This document shows, in pieces, positions 48,991-58,291 of a stretch of DNA of 64,000 nucleotides. Under the pieces are notes generated by a model. The model had not been told where the DNA came from and did not search any database. It saw nothing but the letters and a program-made list of their open reading frames with translations. The position numbers and the translations under genes were made by a program. Source of the stretch: an uncultured bacterium (GTDB lineage Bacteria; Chloroflexota; UBA5177; JANWHV01); contig CAWHAE010000012.1 of the NCBI GenBank assembly GCA_963827235.1, positions 480,001 through 544,000 on the forward strand, in the 5' to 3' direction. Each line of letters starts with the position of its first letter. Position 1 is the first letter of the stretch.

Positions 48991-51008
48991 GGGGCGCCCG
49001 TCGCTTTGTGCGTCACCGCCGCGTCCGGTGGAGGAGCTCCAGGCAGCACGGCATGCCGTGCCAGCCCGTGTCTCGTCTTCTCCCAATAGTGCGGCCGGCT
49101 GATCAGCTGCAGCGTGCCCTTCCAGGCGGCGATGCTCATCAGCACCCAGTACAACGGGCTGAGCAGCGCATACTTGGTCAGTGCATGGTAGCCACGGCCG
49201 AGCGAGCCTGCCATGGCGAGGTAGACGAACATGACGTTGCCGACGTAAAGGGCGGTTGCTCCCAGGTAGTACACGGGTGCCGGGAAGAGTTGCTGCAGCA
49301 GCTGCGATCGCGTGGTGAACGAAAGCGGCACCATAACCCAGAAGACCGGATTGAGCAGAAGCACCAGCACTGTTCCGCCGAGGAGGAACTGAAAGCCCAG
49401 GAATCCGCGCATGCCCAGCTCCCGCCAGAGAACGATCGGGTGTCTCATGTGCACGAGCCAGGTCTGGAGATAGCCCTTGATCCAGCGTGATCGCTGCCGC
49501 AGCCAATTGCCGACGCTGGGATTCGCCTCCTCGTAGGTGGTCGAGGTCAAGACGGCGGTGCGATAGCCTCGCTTGAACAGGCGAACGCCCAGGTCGGCGT
49601 CCTCGGTCACGTTGAAGGGATCCCACGCCCCTAGGTGCTCGAGTACGTCGCGCCTGAAATGGTTTGACGTGCCGCCCAGGGGCACCGGCACCTTGGCGGA
49701 CTGCACACTTGGCAGGAGTATGTCGAACCAGACGGAGTACTCGGCTGTGAACCAGCGCGTGAGCAGATTCTGCTCGGCGTTGTAGAAGTTCAGATGGCAC
49801 TGAATGCAGCCGAGGTCGACCGGGGCCAGCTGGAACGCCACGTAGACCTTCTTGAGCTGGTCGGGCTCCGGGATATCCTCGGCATCGAATATGACCACGT
49901 ACTCGCCCCTGGCGTTGGCCAGGCCGAAGTTGCACGCTTTGGGCTTGCCGCGCGGCAGCCCGGGGGGCACAAGCACAAACGTGAAGTACGCCGGCAGCCG
50001 CGCGGCGCGAGCCGCCTCGATGGTGGCCACGTCGTCCTGCTCGAGGAGCAGGCGCACGTCCATCTTTGCCTTGGGCCAGTCCAGTGCCTGCAATGCCTGT
50101 AGCAGCTGCGGCAGCATGACTGCCTCGCGGTAGAGGGGAACGAGGATCGTGTAAACGGGAAGATCGCGGTCGTCGAGCTGTGCGGTCTCAGGTGTCGAGT
50201 AGGTTACTTCACCTGCTTTCATGCCCTGCCGGAGCAGGTAGAACTTGTAGAAGCACGAGGCCAGGTGGAGAAGGGTCAGCGCGACGGCCAGCGTGATTAT
50301 CGTGACGGAGGCATCCGCTGCCAGGGCCGCGAGGCAGAGGACGAGTCCGGCGAGGAGGCCGGTCTTCTGCGCGCGGCTGAGCACCCGGTAGGCGCAGTCT
50401 TCCGGCATGCGCTCCAGCAGATCGTTGGTGCTCTTGTAGAGATCGGGCAGTGCGAATAGCGAGTTGAGCGCCCGCTCAATATCGCGATTCGTGGCCACGA
50501 CTGGCTGAACGGGCATGCCGGCGACGTGGGCTGCCTCGTCCAGCAGGGCAGCATTCATCGGATCGGCAGTAGCCAGGCGCAGCACGCCGTTGCTTATGGA
50601 GAGGGGCACGAGCCGGTGACTCTGATACCAGCCGTCGTCGGCGGTGCAGCAAGTCGGGCGCTCGCTCGAAGAATCCAGCGCCGAGAGCACCTCGAGACCG
50701 TGCTGCTCGGCGAGGGCCTGTGCCACGCGATCGGCTCGAGCATGGCCCAGGCTTACCAGGGCCTCGCCAAGCCGCACGCCGGTACGCCGCTGCTCGTCCA
50801 GTGCCGCTTCCACGCCGGCCCTCGTGGTGCTCCCGTTCGCGACGAGCATCTCGCCAAGCATGCCGCCGGCGGCGGGCCGGCCCTCGCCGGCCGGCTCGGC
50901 AAGACGGAGATGACCGGCCCCGCGCGGTGCACCGAGCCTGCCTGCCGCGACGGCGTCGTGATCAGCCCGAAGGTCGGCAGGCTCGCTCGAGGCGGAGTTG
51001 GTCGGCAT
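48987..51008 (-). CDS. MshEN/GSPII_N-domain processive glycosyltransferase family 2 (NfrB-like module set)
   Basis: MLGEMLVANG...ALDEQ...RLGEALVSLG...ALAEQ; VPLYRE, KPKACN, FDAED, GGTSNHF, TEDADLG, QRSRW; GGAGG SD. Confidence 0.9.
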   Translation of the reverse strand: MPTNSASSEPADLRADHDAVAAGRLGAPRGAGHLRLAEPAGEGRPAAGGMLGEMLVANGSTTRAGVEAALDEQRRTGVRLGEALVSLGHARADRVAQALAEQHGLEVLSALDSSSERPTCCTADDGWYQSHRLVPLSISNGVLRLATADPMNAALLDEAAHVAGMPVQPVVATNRDIERALNSLFALPDLYKSTNDLLERMPEDCAYRVLSRAQKTGLLAGLVLCLAALAADASVTIITLAVALTLLHLASCFYKFYLLRQGMKAGEVTYSTPETAQLDDRDLPVYTILVPLYREAVMLPQLLQALQALDWPKAKMDVRLLLEQDDVATIEAARAARLPAYFTFVLVPPGLPRGKPKACNFGLANARGEYVVIFDAEDIPEPDQLKKVYVAFQLAPVDLGCIQCHLNFYNAEQNLLTRWFTAEYSVWFDILLPSVQSAKVPVPLGGTSNHFRRDVLEHLGAWDPFNVTEDADLGVRLFKRGYRTAVLTSTTYEEANPSVGNWLRQRSRWIKGYLQTWLVHMRHPIVLWRELGMRGFLGFQFLLGGTVLVLLLNPVFWVMVPLSFTTRSQLLQQLFPAPVYYLGATALYVGNVMFVYLAMAGSLGRGYHALTKYALLSPLYWVLMSIAAWKGTLQLISRPHYWEKTRHGLARHAVLPGAPPPDAAVTHKATGAP

Positions 51009-51141
51009 CGGCCGCCTCCAGAATACCCAAGTTGTGGCTCGATGTGCAGCGCAACAGCCATCCGCATCATATCGAAACCGTCGCGTCGCGCAATGGCCTA
51101 TTGGGAACGGCCAGGAGAGCTGCTGACAATCCTGCCGTGCC

Positions 51142-51178
51142 AAAACGAGGGGACCGGCGTTGCCTGCCGGTCCCCTCG
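51142..51178 (-). terminator. Intrinsic terminator after the MCP gene
   Basis: CGAGGGGACCGGC-N7-GCCGGTCCCCTCG followed by TTTT on the minus strand. Confidence 0.8.
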
Positions 51179-51191
51179 CCGTCGGTAACCG

Positions 51192-53273
51192 CTACGCCAC
51201 GCGCATGGCCCTGACGTTGCTCGGTGTGCCTTCCTGTGCCTCGAGCGTGAACTGTGCTACCAGCTCTGACAGGCCTGCCGCCAGGTTGGCCAACTCCTGG
51301 GCGCTCGCGGTCATCTCCTCCACGCTGGCCGTCTGCTCCTCGGTGGAGGCGCTGACTTCCTCGGCGCTGGCGGCACTCTGCTCGCTGACCGCGGCCGTGC
51401 CCTCGATCTCGTGGGTCACCTGTTCGGCAGCCCCACGCATCTCTACTGCTGCCTGTCCCATCGTTTCGGTGATGCGTGAGCGCTCTGCCGCGCGCTCCTT
51501 GAGCAGATTCGTGTTCCGTGCCAGGTCTGCATTGGCCGCGGTGATACGCTCCACCTGCGCTCGCGTGCCTTCGACCACCTCCACGATGTGCTGCAGGGTC
51601 GTGCGCGTCTGCTCGCCCAACGTCGCGGTCTCGCTGACCGCGTTGCTGGCTTGCTGCATGGCAGCCACCACCTCGGTCACCCGCCGCTGAATGGCGGCGA
51701 TGCGTTGAGCGATCTCTTTCGTCTCGTTGCTGGAGCGCTCCGCCAGTTTGCGTACCTCGGCTGCCACCACGGTGAAGCCCTTGCCGTGCTCTCCTGCCCG
51801 GGCCGCCTCGATGGCGGCATTGAGGGCCAGGAGGTTGGTCTGGGCGGCGATATCGTCGATGGCCTCCACGATGGCGCCGATTTCCTGGCTCTGCTTGCCC
51901 AGGGCCGCTACCTCGTCCGCGCTGCCTTGCACGGCGCTGCGCACGCTGTCGATGCTGCCCACGGTCCGGTCTACCACAGTGCCACCGTCGCGTGCGGCGA
52001 GGGCGGCCTGGGTCGCGGCGTCCTGCACCACCGTGAGGCTGTGCGTGGCATCTTCCAGCGCCCTGTACATGCCGTTCATGGCCTCGGCTACCGGCCCGGC
52101 TGTGGCGTTCTGCTTGTCGACGCCGGTCGCCACGTCGGCGATGGCGGTGTTGAGATCGGTCACCTGCTGCAGCATCTCGGCGGCGCCGCGACTCTGCTGG
52201 GAGGCCCCGCGAGCGATGTCCTCGATCGCCTTGGCAATCTGGGTGCTGGCCTGCCCCACCTGGCCGGCGGCTTCCGCCAACTGACCGGAACCGTTCCGCA
52301 CCTGCTGCGACGACAGCGCCACCTGGCCAATCGTCCCCTGCAGACTATGGCGTGCCGACTCGTAGCTGCTGAATACCGCGTGCAGTCGTCCGAGCAGTCG
52401 ATTGCTGATCTCCGCCGTCTGGCCGATCTCGTCCTTGGTGGTGACGGGAATGGGCTGAGTCATTGCGTGGACAGACACGGTCAAGTCGTTTCGGGCGAAG
52501 GCCGCCATCGCTCCTTCCAGCGCCGCGGTACCCTTGTCGGTCATGGAGAGGAGCACGGCCTGCACGGCCTGCACGCCCTTCGTGATGGAGCGGGCGATCA
52601 GCCAGCCCAGCAGCAGGGCCAGCACGATGACCAACGCCAGCACGGCCAGCTGCTCGTTCCGGGCCGTCGTGTAGGCGGTATCGGCGTCGCGGCCGCCCTG
52701 GTCGACCGACTGCTGGGTATAGGCGACCAGTTGGTCGAGCATCGGCTCGAGCTTGAGCGCGGCGTCGCGCTCGGTCCCCAACGAGAGGGCGATGGCCTTG
52801 GCCCGGGCGGCAGGCGCCACCTTGGCGGCGTAGCTCTCGGTCTGAGCGTTCAGGGCAATCCAGGCGTCCAGGACCGGCTTCGTGTCTGCCGCGAGTGATG
52901 CTTCCTGCGCACTGCCATACGGGAAACTCTGGTAAATCGCGAACTGCTTGAGGGCGTCGGTGCGCATCGGTCCTGCTTCGCCGGCCCAGGTGGCAGCCAG
53001 CTTGGCGTCGTTGGTGATCATCGCCCCACGGGTATAGCGGATGGCGAAGTTGACGTCGCCGCTGGCTTGGCGCAGCGCATTCAAGCTGGGCACGTCGGCG
53101 GTGGTCAGCGTGTCTACCTTGGACTTGACCCCGTTCAGGCCAACCACGCCGGCACCGGCCACGACGGCTGCCAGGAGAGCGACCAGGACGAAACTGCCGA
53201 GCAGTTTGGGCATCAGGCGGAGATCGCGAATCCAGTTCATGCGAGTACCTGGGTCCTTTCCAGCATTGGTCAT
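51192..53273 (-). CDS. Methyl-accepting chemotaxis protein
   Basis: [38 protein letters not shown]; two TM, four-helix sensor, HAMP. Confidence 0.96.
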   Translation of the reverse strand: MTNAGKDPGTRMNWIRDLRLMPKLLGSFVLVALLAAVVAGAGVVGLNGVKSKVDTLTTADVPSLNALRQASGDVNFAIRYTRGAMITNDAKLAATWAGEAGPMRTDALKQFAIYQSFPYGSAQEASLAADTKPVLDAWIALNAQTESYAAKVAPAARAKAIALSLGTERDAALKLEPMLDQLVAYTQQSVDQGGRDADTAYTTARNEQLAVLALVIVLALLLGWLIARSITKGVQAVQAVLLSMTDKGTAALEGAMAAFARNDLTVSVHAMTQPIPVTTKDEIGQTAEISNRLLGRLHAVFSSYESARHSLQGTIGQVALSSQQVRNGSGQLAEAAGQVGQASTQIAKAIEDIARGASQQSRGAAEMLQQVTDLNTAIADVATGVDKQNATAGPVAEAMNGMYRALEDATHSLTVVQDAATQAALAARDGGTVVDRTVGSIDSVRSAVQGSADEVAALGKQSQEIGAIVEAIDDIAAQTNLLALNAAIEAARAGEHGKGFTVVAAEVRKLAERSSNETKEIAQRIAAIQRRVTEVVAAMQQASNAVSETATLGEQTRTTLQHIVEVVEGTRAQVERITAANADLARNTNLLKERAAERSRITETMGQAAVEMRGAAEQVTHEIEGTAAVSEQSAASAEEVSASTEEQTASVEEMTASAQELANLAAGLSELVAQFTLEAQEGTPSNVRAMRVA

Positions 53274-53373
53274 GGCGCGGCGTTGGCGGAACGGTGCGAT
53301 TTGGGACGATTCAACTCGAAGCCATCCCTCCGCCCCGATTACCTGGCGCCTGCTCCATGCTTCCGACTAGGGT

Positions 53374-53397
53374 TATGAGCTAGCACACTAGCACATA
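53374..53397 (-). promoter_or_regulatory. Conserved 24-nt 5'-UTR hairpin, copy 2
   Basis: UAUGUGCUAG-UGUG-CUAGCUCAUA. Confidence 0.65.
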
Positions 53398-53408
53398 TCT
53401 GAGTCTTC

Positions 53409-53435
53409 TTATCGGCAGAGTTGGCGCTATCTTTA
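53409..53435 (-). promoter_or_regulatory. sigma28 (FliA/SigD) promoter
   Basis: Exact TAAA-N15-GCCGATAA upstream of an MCP gene. Confidence 0.88.
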
Positions 53436-53671
53436 GGGCACTGTGCAGTGACACTGGAGATCTTCTTCAGTATCTCCTCGGCCGCTGCCCGGATCTGCTC
53501 CGCCGGCTCTTCACGTCGCCGCCGTAGGTCACTCACGGTCAGCACCGGGCCGGATCAGGCTCTCGGCGGGCGTGGTGACGCTGTGCACCTGCTGCCGCGC
53601 GTCACGCCGGTCCGCACGTGCTACACTCTTCCCCGGTTTTGGCAAGTTAGTGAAGCGAGTGGTTGAAGCCA

Positions 53672-54421
53672 ATGACAGTCACACAGACGGGACCTCTTGG
53701 TTATGACGACACACCGTTGATCCCGGGCTCGAGCTACAAGGTGCACGATAGTACACGCCCGCAGCCGCGCGTGGTAGCGCCGGGAACGGCGAGCACACAG
53801 GATGTCCCCGGCAAAGCGCCATCGGATGCCGTGGCGCTGTTTTCCGGCACGGACGCGTCCGGATGGGTAGGATCGGACGGCGCGCCGGTGCGTTGGAAGG
53901 TCGAAGGCGGCTACCTCCAGGTAGTGCCGGGGTCCGGGGACATATCCTCTCGAGATCATCTCGGCGACTGTCAGCTGCACCTGGAGTGGGCGGCTCCGGC
54001 TGTCGTCCTTGGCAGCAGTCAGGGTCGAGGCAATAGCGGCGTCTTCATGATGAGCCTCTACGAGATTCAGGTTCTCGACTGCTACGACAACCCGACCTAC
54101 GCCGACGGCACGACCGCCGCGATCTACGGCGAGTATCCTCCGCTGGTCAATGCCTGCCGGAAGCCCGGCGAATGGCAGACGTACGACATCATCTGGACGT
54201 CGCCCCGCTTCAATGGCGAGCAGTTGGTCTCGCCCGCGTACGTGACAGTGCTGCACAACGGCGTGCTGGTGCAGAACCACCAGGCGGCGACCGGCCCTAC
54301 CACGCACCGGAATGTGCTTCCATATGTACCGCATGCGCTCGCGGCGCCGCTGCGGCTCCAGGATCACGGCGATCTCGTGCGCTACCGTAATATCTGGTAT
54401 CGCCCACTGGCCGCCGACTAG
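53672..54421 (+). CDS. DUF1080 / 3-keto-disaccharide hydrolase family protein
   Basis: GNSGVF, YEIQVLD, GEWQTYDI, LQDHGDLVRYRNIW. Confidence 0.9.
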   Translation: MTVTQTGPLGYDDTPLIPGSSYKVHDSTRPQPRVVAPGTASTQDVPGKAPSDAVALFSGTDASGWVGSDGAPVRWKVEGGYLQVVPGSGDISSRDHLGDCQLHLEWAAPAVVLGSSQGRGNSGVFMMSLYEIQVLDCYDNPTYADGTTAAIYGEYPPLVNACRKPGEWQTYDIIWTSPRFNGEQLVSPAYVTVLHNGVLVQNHQAATGPTTHRNVLPYVPHALAAPLRLQDHGDLVRYRNIWYRPLAAD

Positions 54422-54457
54422 CCGGCTTGGGCGCCAACAGGACAGGGAGATAGTAGT

Positions 54458-55474
54458 ATGCAACGGCGCACTGCGTTGCTCGTCGGCGCCGGCGGTATGG
54501 GTCGGGCGTGGGCTCGTAACCTCGCCGCCTGCGACGACGTGACCATCGCCGGCTGGGTCGACCTCCGGCCCGCCGCCGTGACCGAAGCGGTCGCGGAGCT
54601 GGGCCTCTCCGGCGTGTGCACCGGCGCGGACCTGGAGGAGGCCGTCACCATCGTGCGGCCGGATTTCGTGGTCGACGTCACAGTTCCCGAGGCGCACCAC
54701 GGCGTGACGCTTGCTGCCCTGCGGCATGGGCTGCCGGTGCTCGGCGAGAAGCCCATGGCCGACAGCATGGAGCGGGCGCGGGAGATGGTGGCCGCCGCCG
54801 AGCAAGCGGGATCACTGTACATGGTCAGCCAGAGCCGCCGCTACAACGCCGGCCTCCAGGCATTGCGCCGGCTCGTCGTCGACCACGTTGGCCCGCTTGG
54901 CATCCTCAACTCGGACTTCTACCTTGCCCCGCACTTTGGTGGATTCCGGGACGTGATGGCCAGCCCGCTCCTGCTGGATATGGCCATCCACACCATGGAC
55001 GCGGCCCGCTATCTCTCGGGCGCCGACCCGCTGTCCGTGTATTGCGAGGAGTTCAATCCGCCGTGGAGCTGGTACGGCGGCAACGCGTGCGCCACGGCTA
55101 TCTTCGAGATGACGGGCGGCCTGCGCTACACCTACCGCGGCAGTTGGTGCAGCGAGGGCCGGCGAACTTCGTGGGAAGGTGAGTGGCGCGCAGCCGGTCC
55201 GCACGGCACGGCGACATGGGATGGGAACGACGACATTCAGGCTGAGGTCGTGGAGCCCGCCGAGGGTTCCCAGTCGATCACGCGGTCCATTAAAGGCACC
55301 GTTGACGAGGCATTCGTGGGCGGCATCGCCGGCTCCCTGCGCGACTTCTTGCATGCGCTGGACACCGGGGAGACGCCCATGGGAGAGTGCCACGACAACA
55401 TCAAGAGCCTGGCCATGGTGTTTGCAGCAATCGAGTCGGCGTCCACGGGCAGGAAGGTGCAGGTGACCATCTAG
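54458..55474 (+). CDS. Gfo/Idh/MocA family oxidoreductase
   Basis: VGAGGMG, EKPMA, LLDMAIHTMD. Confidence 0.92.
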   Translation: MQRRTALLVGAGGMGRAWARNLAACDDVTIAGWVDLRPAAVTEAVAELGLSGVCTGADLEEAVTIVRPDFVVDVTVPEAHHGVTLAALRHGLPVLGEKPMADSMERAREMVAAAEQAGSLYMVSQSRRYNAGLQALRRLVVDHVGPLGILNSDFYLAPHFGGFRDVMASPLLLDMAIHTMDAARYLSGADPLSVYCEEFNPPWSWYGGNACATAIFEMTGGLRYTYRGSWCSEGRRTSWEGEWRAAGPHGTATWDGNDDIQAEVVEPAEGSQSITRSIKGTVDEAFVGGIAGSLRDFLHALDTGETPMGECHDNIKSLAMVFAAIESASTGRKVQVTI

Positions 55475-55695
55475 TCGTACGCTCGTACAGGCGAGCATAT
55501 GAGGGATCTGATCCCGGACCCGTAGGTGGCCGGGCCAATGTCACGCACCTGAGCTGGCACGGGATCGCGGCGCAGAGCGGCTGGAACTCCGGCATCGCCG
55601 CGCGATCGGCTGGCGAGACCGTCGCCCCGCTGTTCTGCAGCGGCGTGGCGGCCGACATCCAGCTCGCCGCAGCATTCCCATTAGCCGGCGGCTAC

Positions 55696-55896
55696 TCACT
55701 CGCCGTCGCCTCCTTCAGCTTGGCGGACTTGCCAGCAATCATCGCAGAGCTTGCCGTTACCTTGGTCGGCTCGCCTCGTCGCGGACGCGTCAATCTGCCT
55801 GCCGCACCAGGTTTCCGTGTCGCCGGGCGTCGCGTAGTGAACGACGTCGTTCTCAGGCCATGCTACGATCTCGAACCGCGCCGAAGCCGCTTTCAT
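55696..55896 (-). CDS. Small putative zinc-finger protein (66 aa)
   Basis: VH...WCG...LCDDC ligand pattern; GGAAGG SD. Confidence 0.55.
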   Translation of the reverse strand: MKAASARFEIVAWPENDVVHYATPGDTETWCGRQIDASATRRADQGNGKLCDDCWQVRQAEGGDGE

Positions 55897-56631
55897 CGCG
55901 CCTTCCTTCCTGCACCTCGCTACCGTTATCAGACCCGTGCACCGTAACGGCATAGCCCCACTCTAGCACTTGCGCGCGGCAGGGGAAAGCTCGCGGCAAG
56001 AATCCACTTCATGACCGCCCCACGGCGGATAGAGGCCGCGGGCGCCGCGCTGGGTCACCTTGCTGCTGATTGACGAGCTCCCTTCGGCCGGACCATGAAG
56101 GGCTTGCCGTTCGTCGTGATCGCGGTGACCTGCCACCTCCAGGCATACCCCGACGTGCACGACGTGTCCGCCTTGCCGTCATCGGTCGGGTACAGTCTCG
56201 CGCACCACAGGTCCGGGTATAAGGAGTCGGCGGCCGGCATGCCGTTCGCGGACCTGACGTTGGAGCCGGGGACGCGCGCGTTCATCTTCCAGTCAATGGG
56301 GATGATACGGGAGCGGAGTTCTTACCGCGAGGGAGGGTGTGCGTTCGTGCGCGCCGAACGCCGAGAGTGCGTGTGCCAAGGCGATTCTGGCGGCCGGTGG
56401 ACCGGCCGCCCGGGCTGTGCGCGATCCGGGCGCCATGTCGCCGGCGAAGGGCAGAACTATCGGCGCGGAGAGCGAGAACAGGCGAGGGCGGTCGTGCCTC
56501 ACCCAAGGAACGCCGGTAAGGACTATACTGTGGAAATCGGCCGCGTGGCCACACGGCAGTGTGCGGCGGGTGAACTTTGCCTCGCGGGGGGCTGTTCCCG
56601 ATAAAGCGCGCTCGTCGAGAAGGTAGTCACC

Positions 56632-57327
56632 ATGTCCATCACCGCACCCGACCCGCTGTCCCTGGTTATCGTCGATGACCAGCCGATCTTTCGCGCCGGT
56701 GTCCGCTCCGCACTCCGCTCGACGGACGACTCCATTGAGGTCGTCGGGGAAGCGCAAGACGGGCAGGAGGCGCTCAGACTGGTGGAGGAGCTCGCCCCCG
56801 CCGTCCTTCTGCTCAACGTCGAAGTGGATGGCCTCAACGGGCTGCAAGCCATCCGCGATATGCGCCGCGCCAGTCCCAATGTCGCCGTCGTGTTTATGAC
56901 TTCGCAACTCGACGACGAGCAGCTTTTCTACGGTATCAAGTACGGTGCCGCCGCCTATGTGCCCAAGTCAATCGATATTCAAGAGCTCTGTGTCATCTTG
57001 CACCGTGTCGCCCATGGCGACTACCTGATCAATGACACGGTGTTGGCCAAGCCGGTCCTCGCCAGCCAGCTGCTCAACGCCTTCCGCTCCCTTGCCGAAG
57101 ACCACGAGCCGGCTGACCCCGCACTCTATCGGCCCCTGTCCGTCCGCGAGATCGAGGTTCTCGAGTATATCGCCAGGGGCAACTCGAACAAGGCCGTTGC
57201 CGCGGCGCTGCACATCAGCGACCAAACCGTGAAGAACCACGTCACGTCGATCATGCGCAAACTGGCGGTCAATGACCGTACACAGGCGGTGGTCTACGCG
57301 CTGCATCAAGGCTGGATCAGAGCGTGA
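56632..57327 (+). CDS. NarL/LuxR family response regulator with Asn at the phosphoacceptor position
   Basis: IVDDQ, VLLLNVE, YVPKS; LSVREIEVL...GNSNK...TVKNHVTSIMRKL. Confidence 0.92.
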   Translation: MSITAPDPLSLVIVDDQPIFRAGVRSALRSTDDSIEVVGEAQDGQEALRLVEELAPAVLLLNVEVDGLNGLQAIRDMRRASPNVAVVFMTSQLDDEQLFYGIKYGAAAYVPKSIDIQELCVILHRVAHGDYLINDTVLAKPVLASQLLNAFRSLAEDHEPADPALYRPLSVREIEVLEYIARGNSNKAVAAALHISDQTVKNHVTSIMRKLAVNDRTQAVVYALHQGWIRA

Positions 57328-57554
57328 GTGTGGCGGCGTCCTTGTCCGTCTGCGTGAATGTGCCAGGGCGAGCGGAACGTTGTGGGCGACAGGCAGCTCG
57401 CTGCCGTGGCAGGCGGCCCACCGGCACGATGCGCCGGGTGGTGCGTTCGGCACCGGTCAAGCTCCGGTCGACCAGGAAGGGCACTCTCGCTCTCTCACGG
57501 GCCCTCGTATGAAACGGCGCTGCAACAGCGCACCTACCTGGTCGGAGCGGACGG

Positions 57555-57857
57555 TCAGCGCGGCGCCGCGGCGTGGCGTGCTCTTGGCCCTGCCGTGACA
57601 ACGCTCCCGTGCCTATCATACTTCGTGGTACTGAGCACGGCAGGCTTGACTGAAAGCGAGCGCAAGGACTCCTCAACCAAGATGTAGCCGTCGAACGCTT
57701 GCACGGTTGAAAGACGCTTCACGCGGTTCTCCGCGCACGATCGCTCGGTAAACGTGCCGATGGCCACTGTGGTTGGCGTCGGTCCGCCTGCATGTGCGGC
57801 ATCATCATTCCGAGTGGCCTGCAAGGTGAAGTGGCTGGTGGCTGGAAAGAAATTCAT
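57555..57857 (-). CDS. Hypothetical protein (about 100 aa)
   Basis: GGGAGG SD before ATG; no motif recognised. Confidence 0.4.
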   Translation of the reverse strand: MNFFPATSHFTLQATRNDDAAHAGGPTPTTVAIGTFTERSCAENRVKRLSTVQAFDGYILVEESLRSLSVKPAVLSTTKYDRHGSVVTAGPRARHAAAPR

Positions 57858-58291
57858 AGTCGTGCTCGCGCCTCCCAAGGTATGCGTTGCGCAGCCCAGG
57901 CACTATATGCCCGGTGCGCCGCTAGACTACAGGGGTGACGCTCGGCACGCAACCGGCCTGCATACTCATGGTACAGCTGTTTGGCGCATCGCGCTGCGCA
58001 CTGACACGGCAGCAGCCGGAAGGCCCGGTCCACGCAGGGAATCCGCCAAACCCAATGGCGCGGCACAATCTGTGCCGGCATCGCGTGCATCGGCAACACC
58101 GTGTGCGGAGCAGCGCGACACGCACGGCGGCGTACGGTGCGAGGGCATCGCACCCCGCCGGCGCATCGATCGAAGCCGGTTGGCCTGCCTGCGCGGTTGC
58201 GGCTGGCCTGAACGAGGACGGGAGCAGTCGAGTTCCGGGCTCACCGGTCTGATTGCACTCGAGCCGGTGCGGTGCCCTCGACCGATCGGCT

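Noticed and set aside
48991-49935. N-terminal 315 aa of the 901-aa ORF 47230..49935
   Set aside because: Out-of-frame overlap with the GT2 gene; the real start is the coupled ATG at 48990.
53460-53545. HEAT-like peptide EQIRAAAEEILKKI on the minus strand
   Set aside because: Too short, and its ORF runs through the sigma28 promoter; at most a relic.
57880-58250. Possible c-di-GMP-II riboswitch (GCAACCGGCC)
   Set aside because: The other conserved elements and the pseudoknot are missing.
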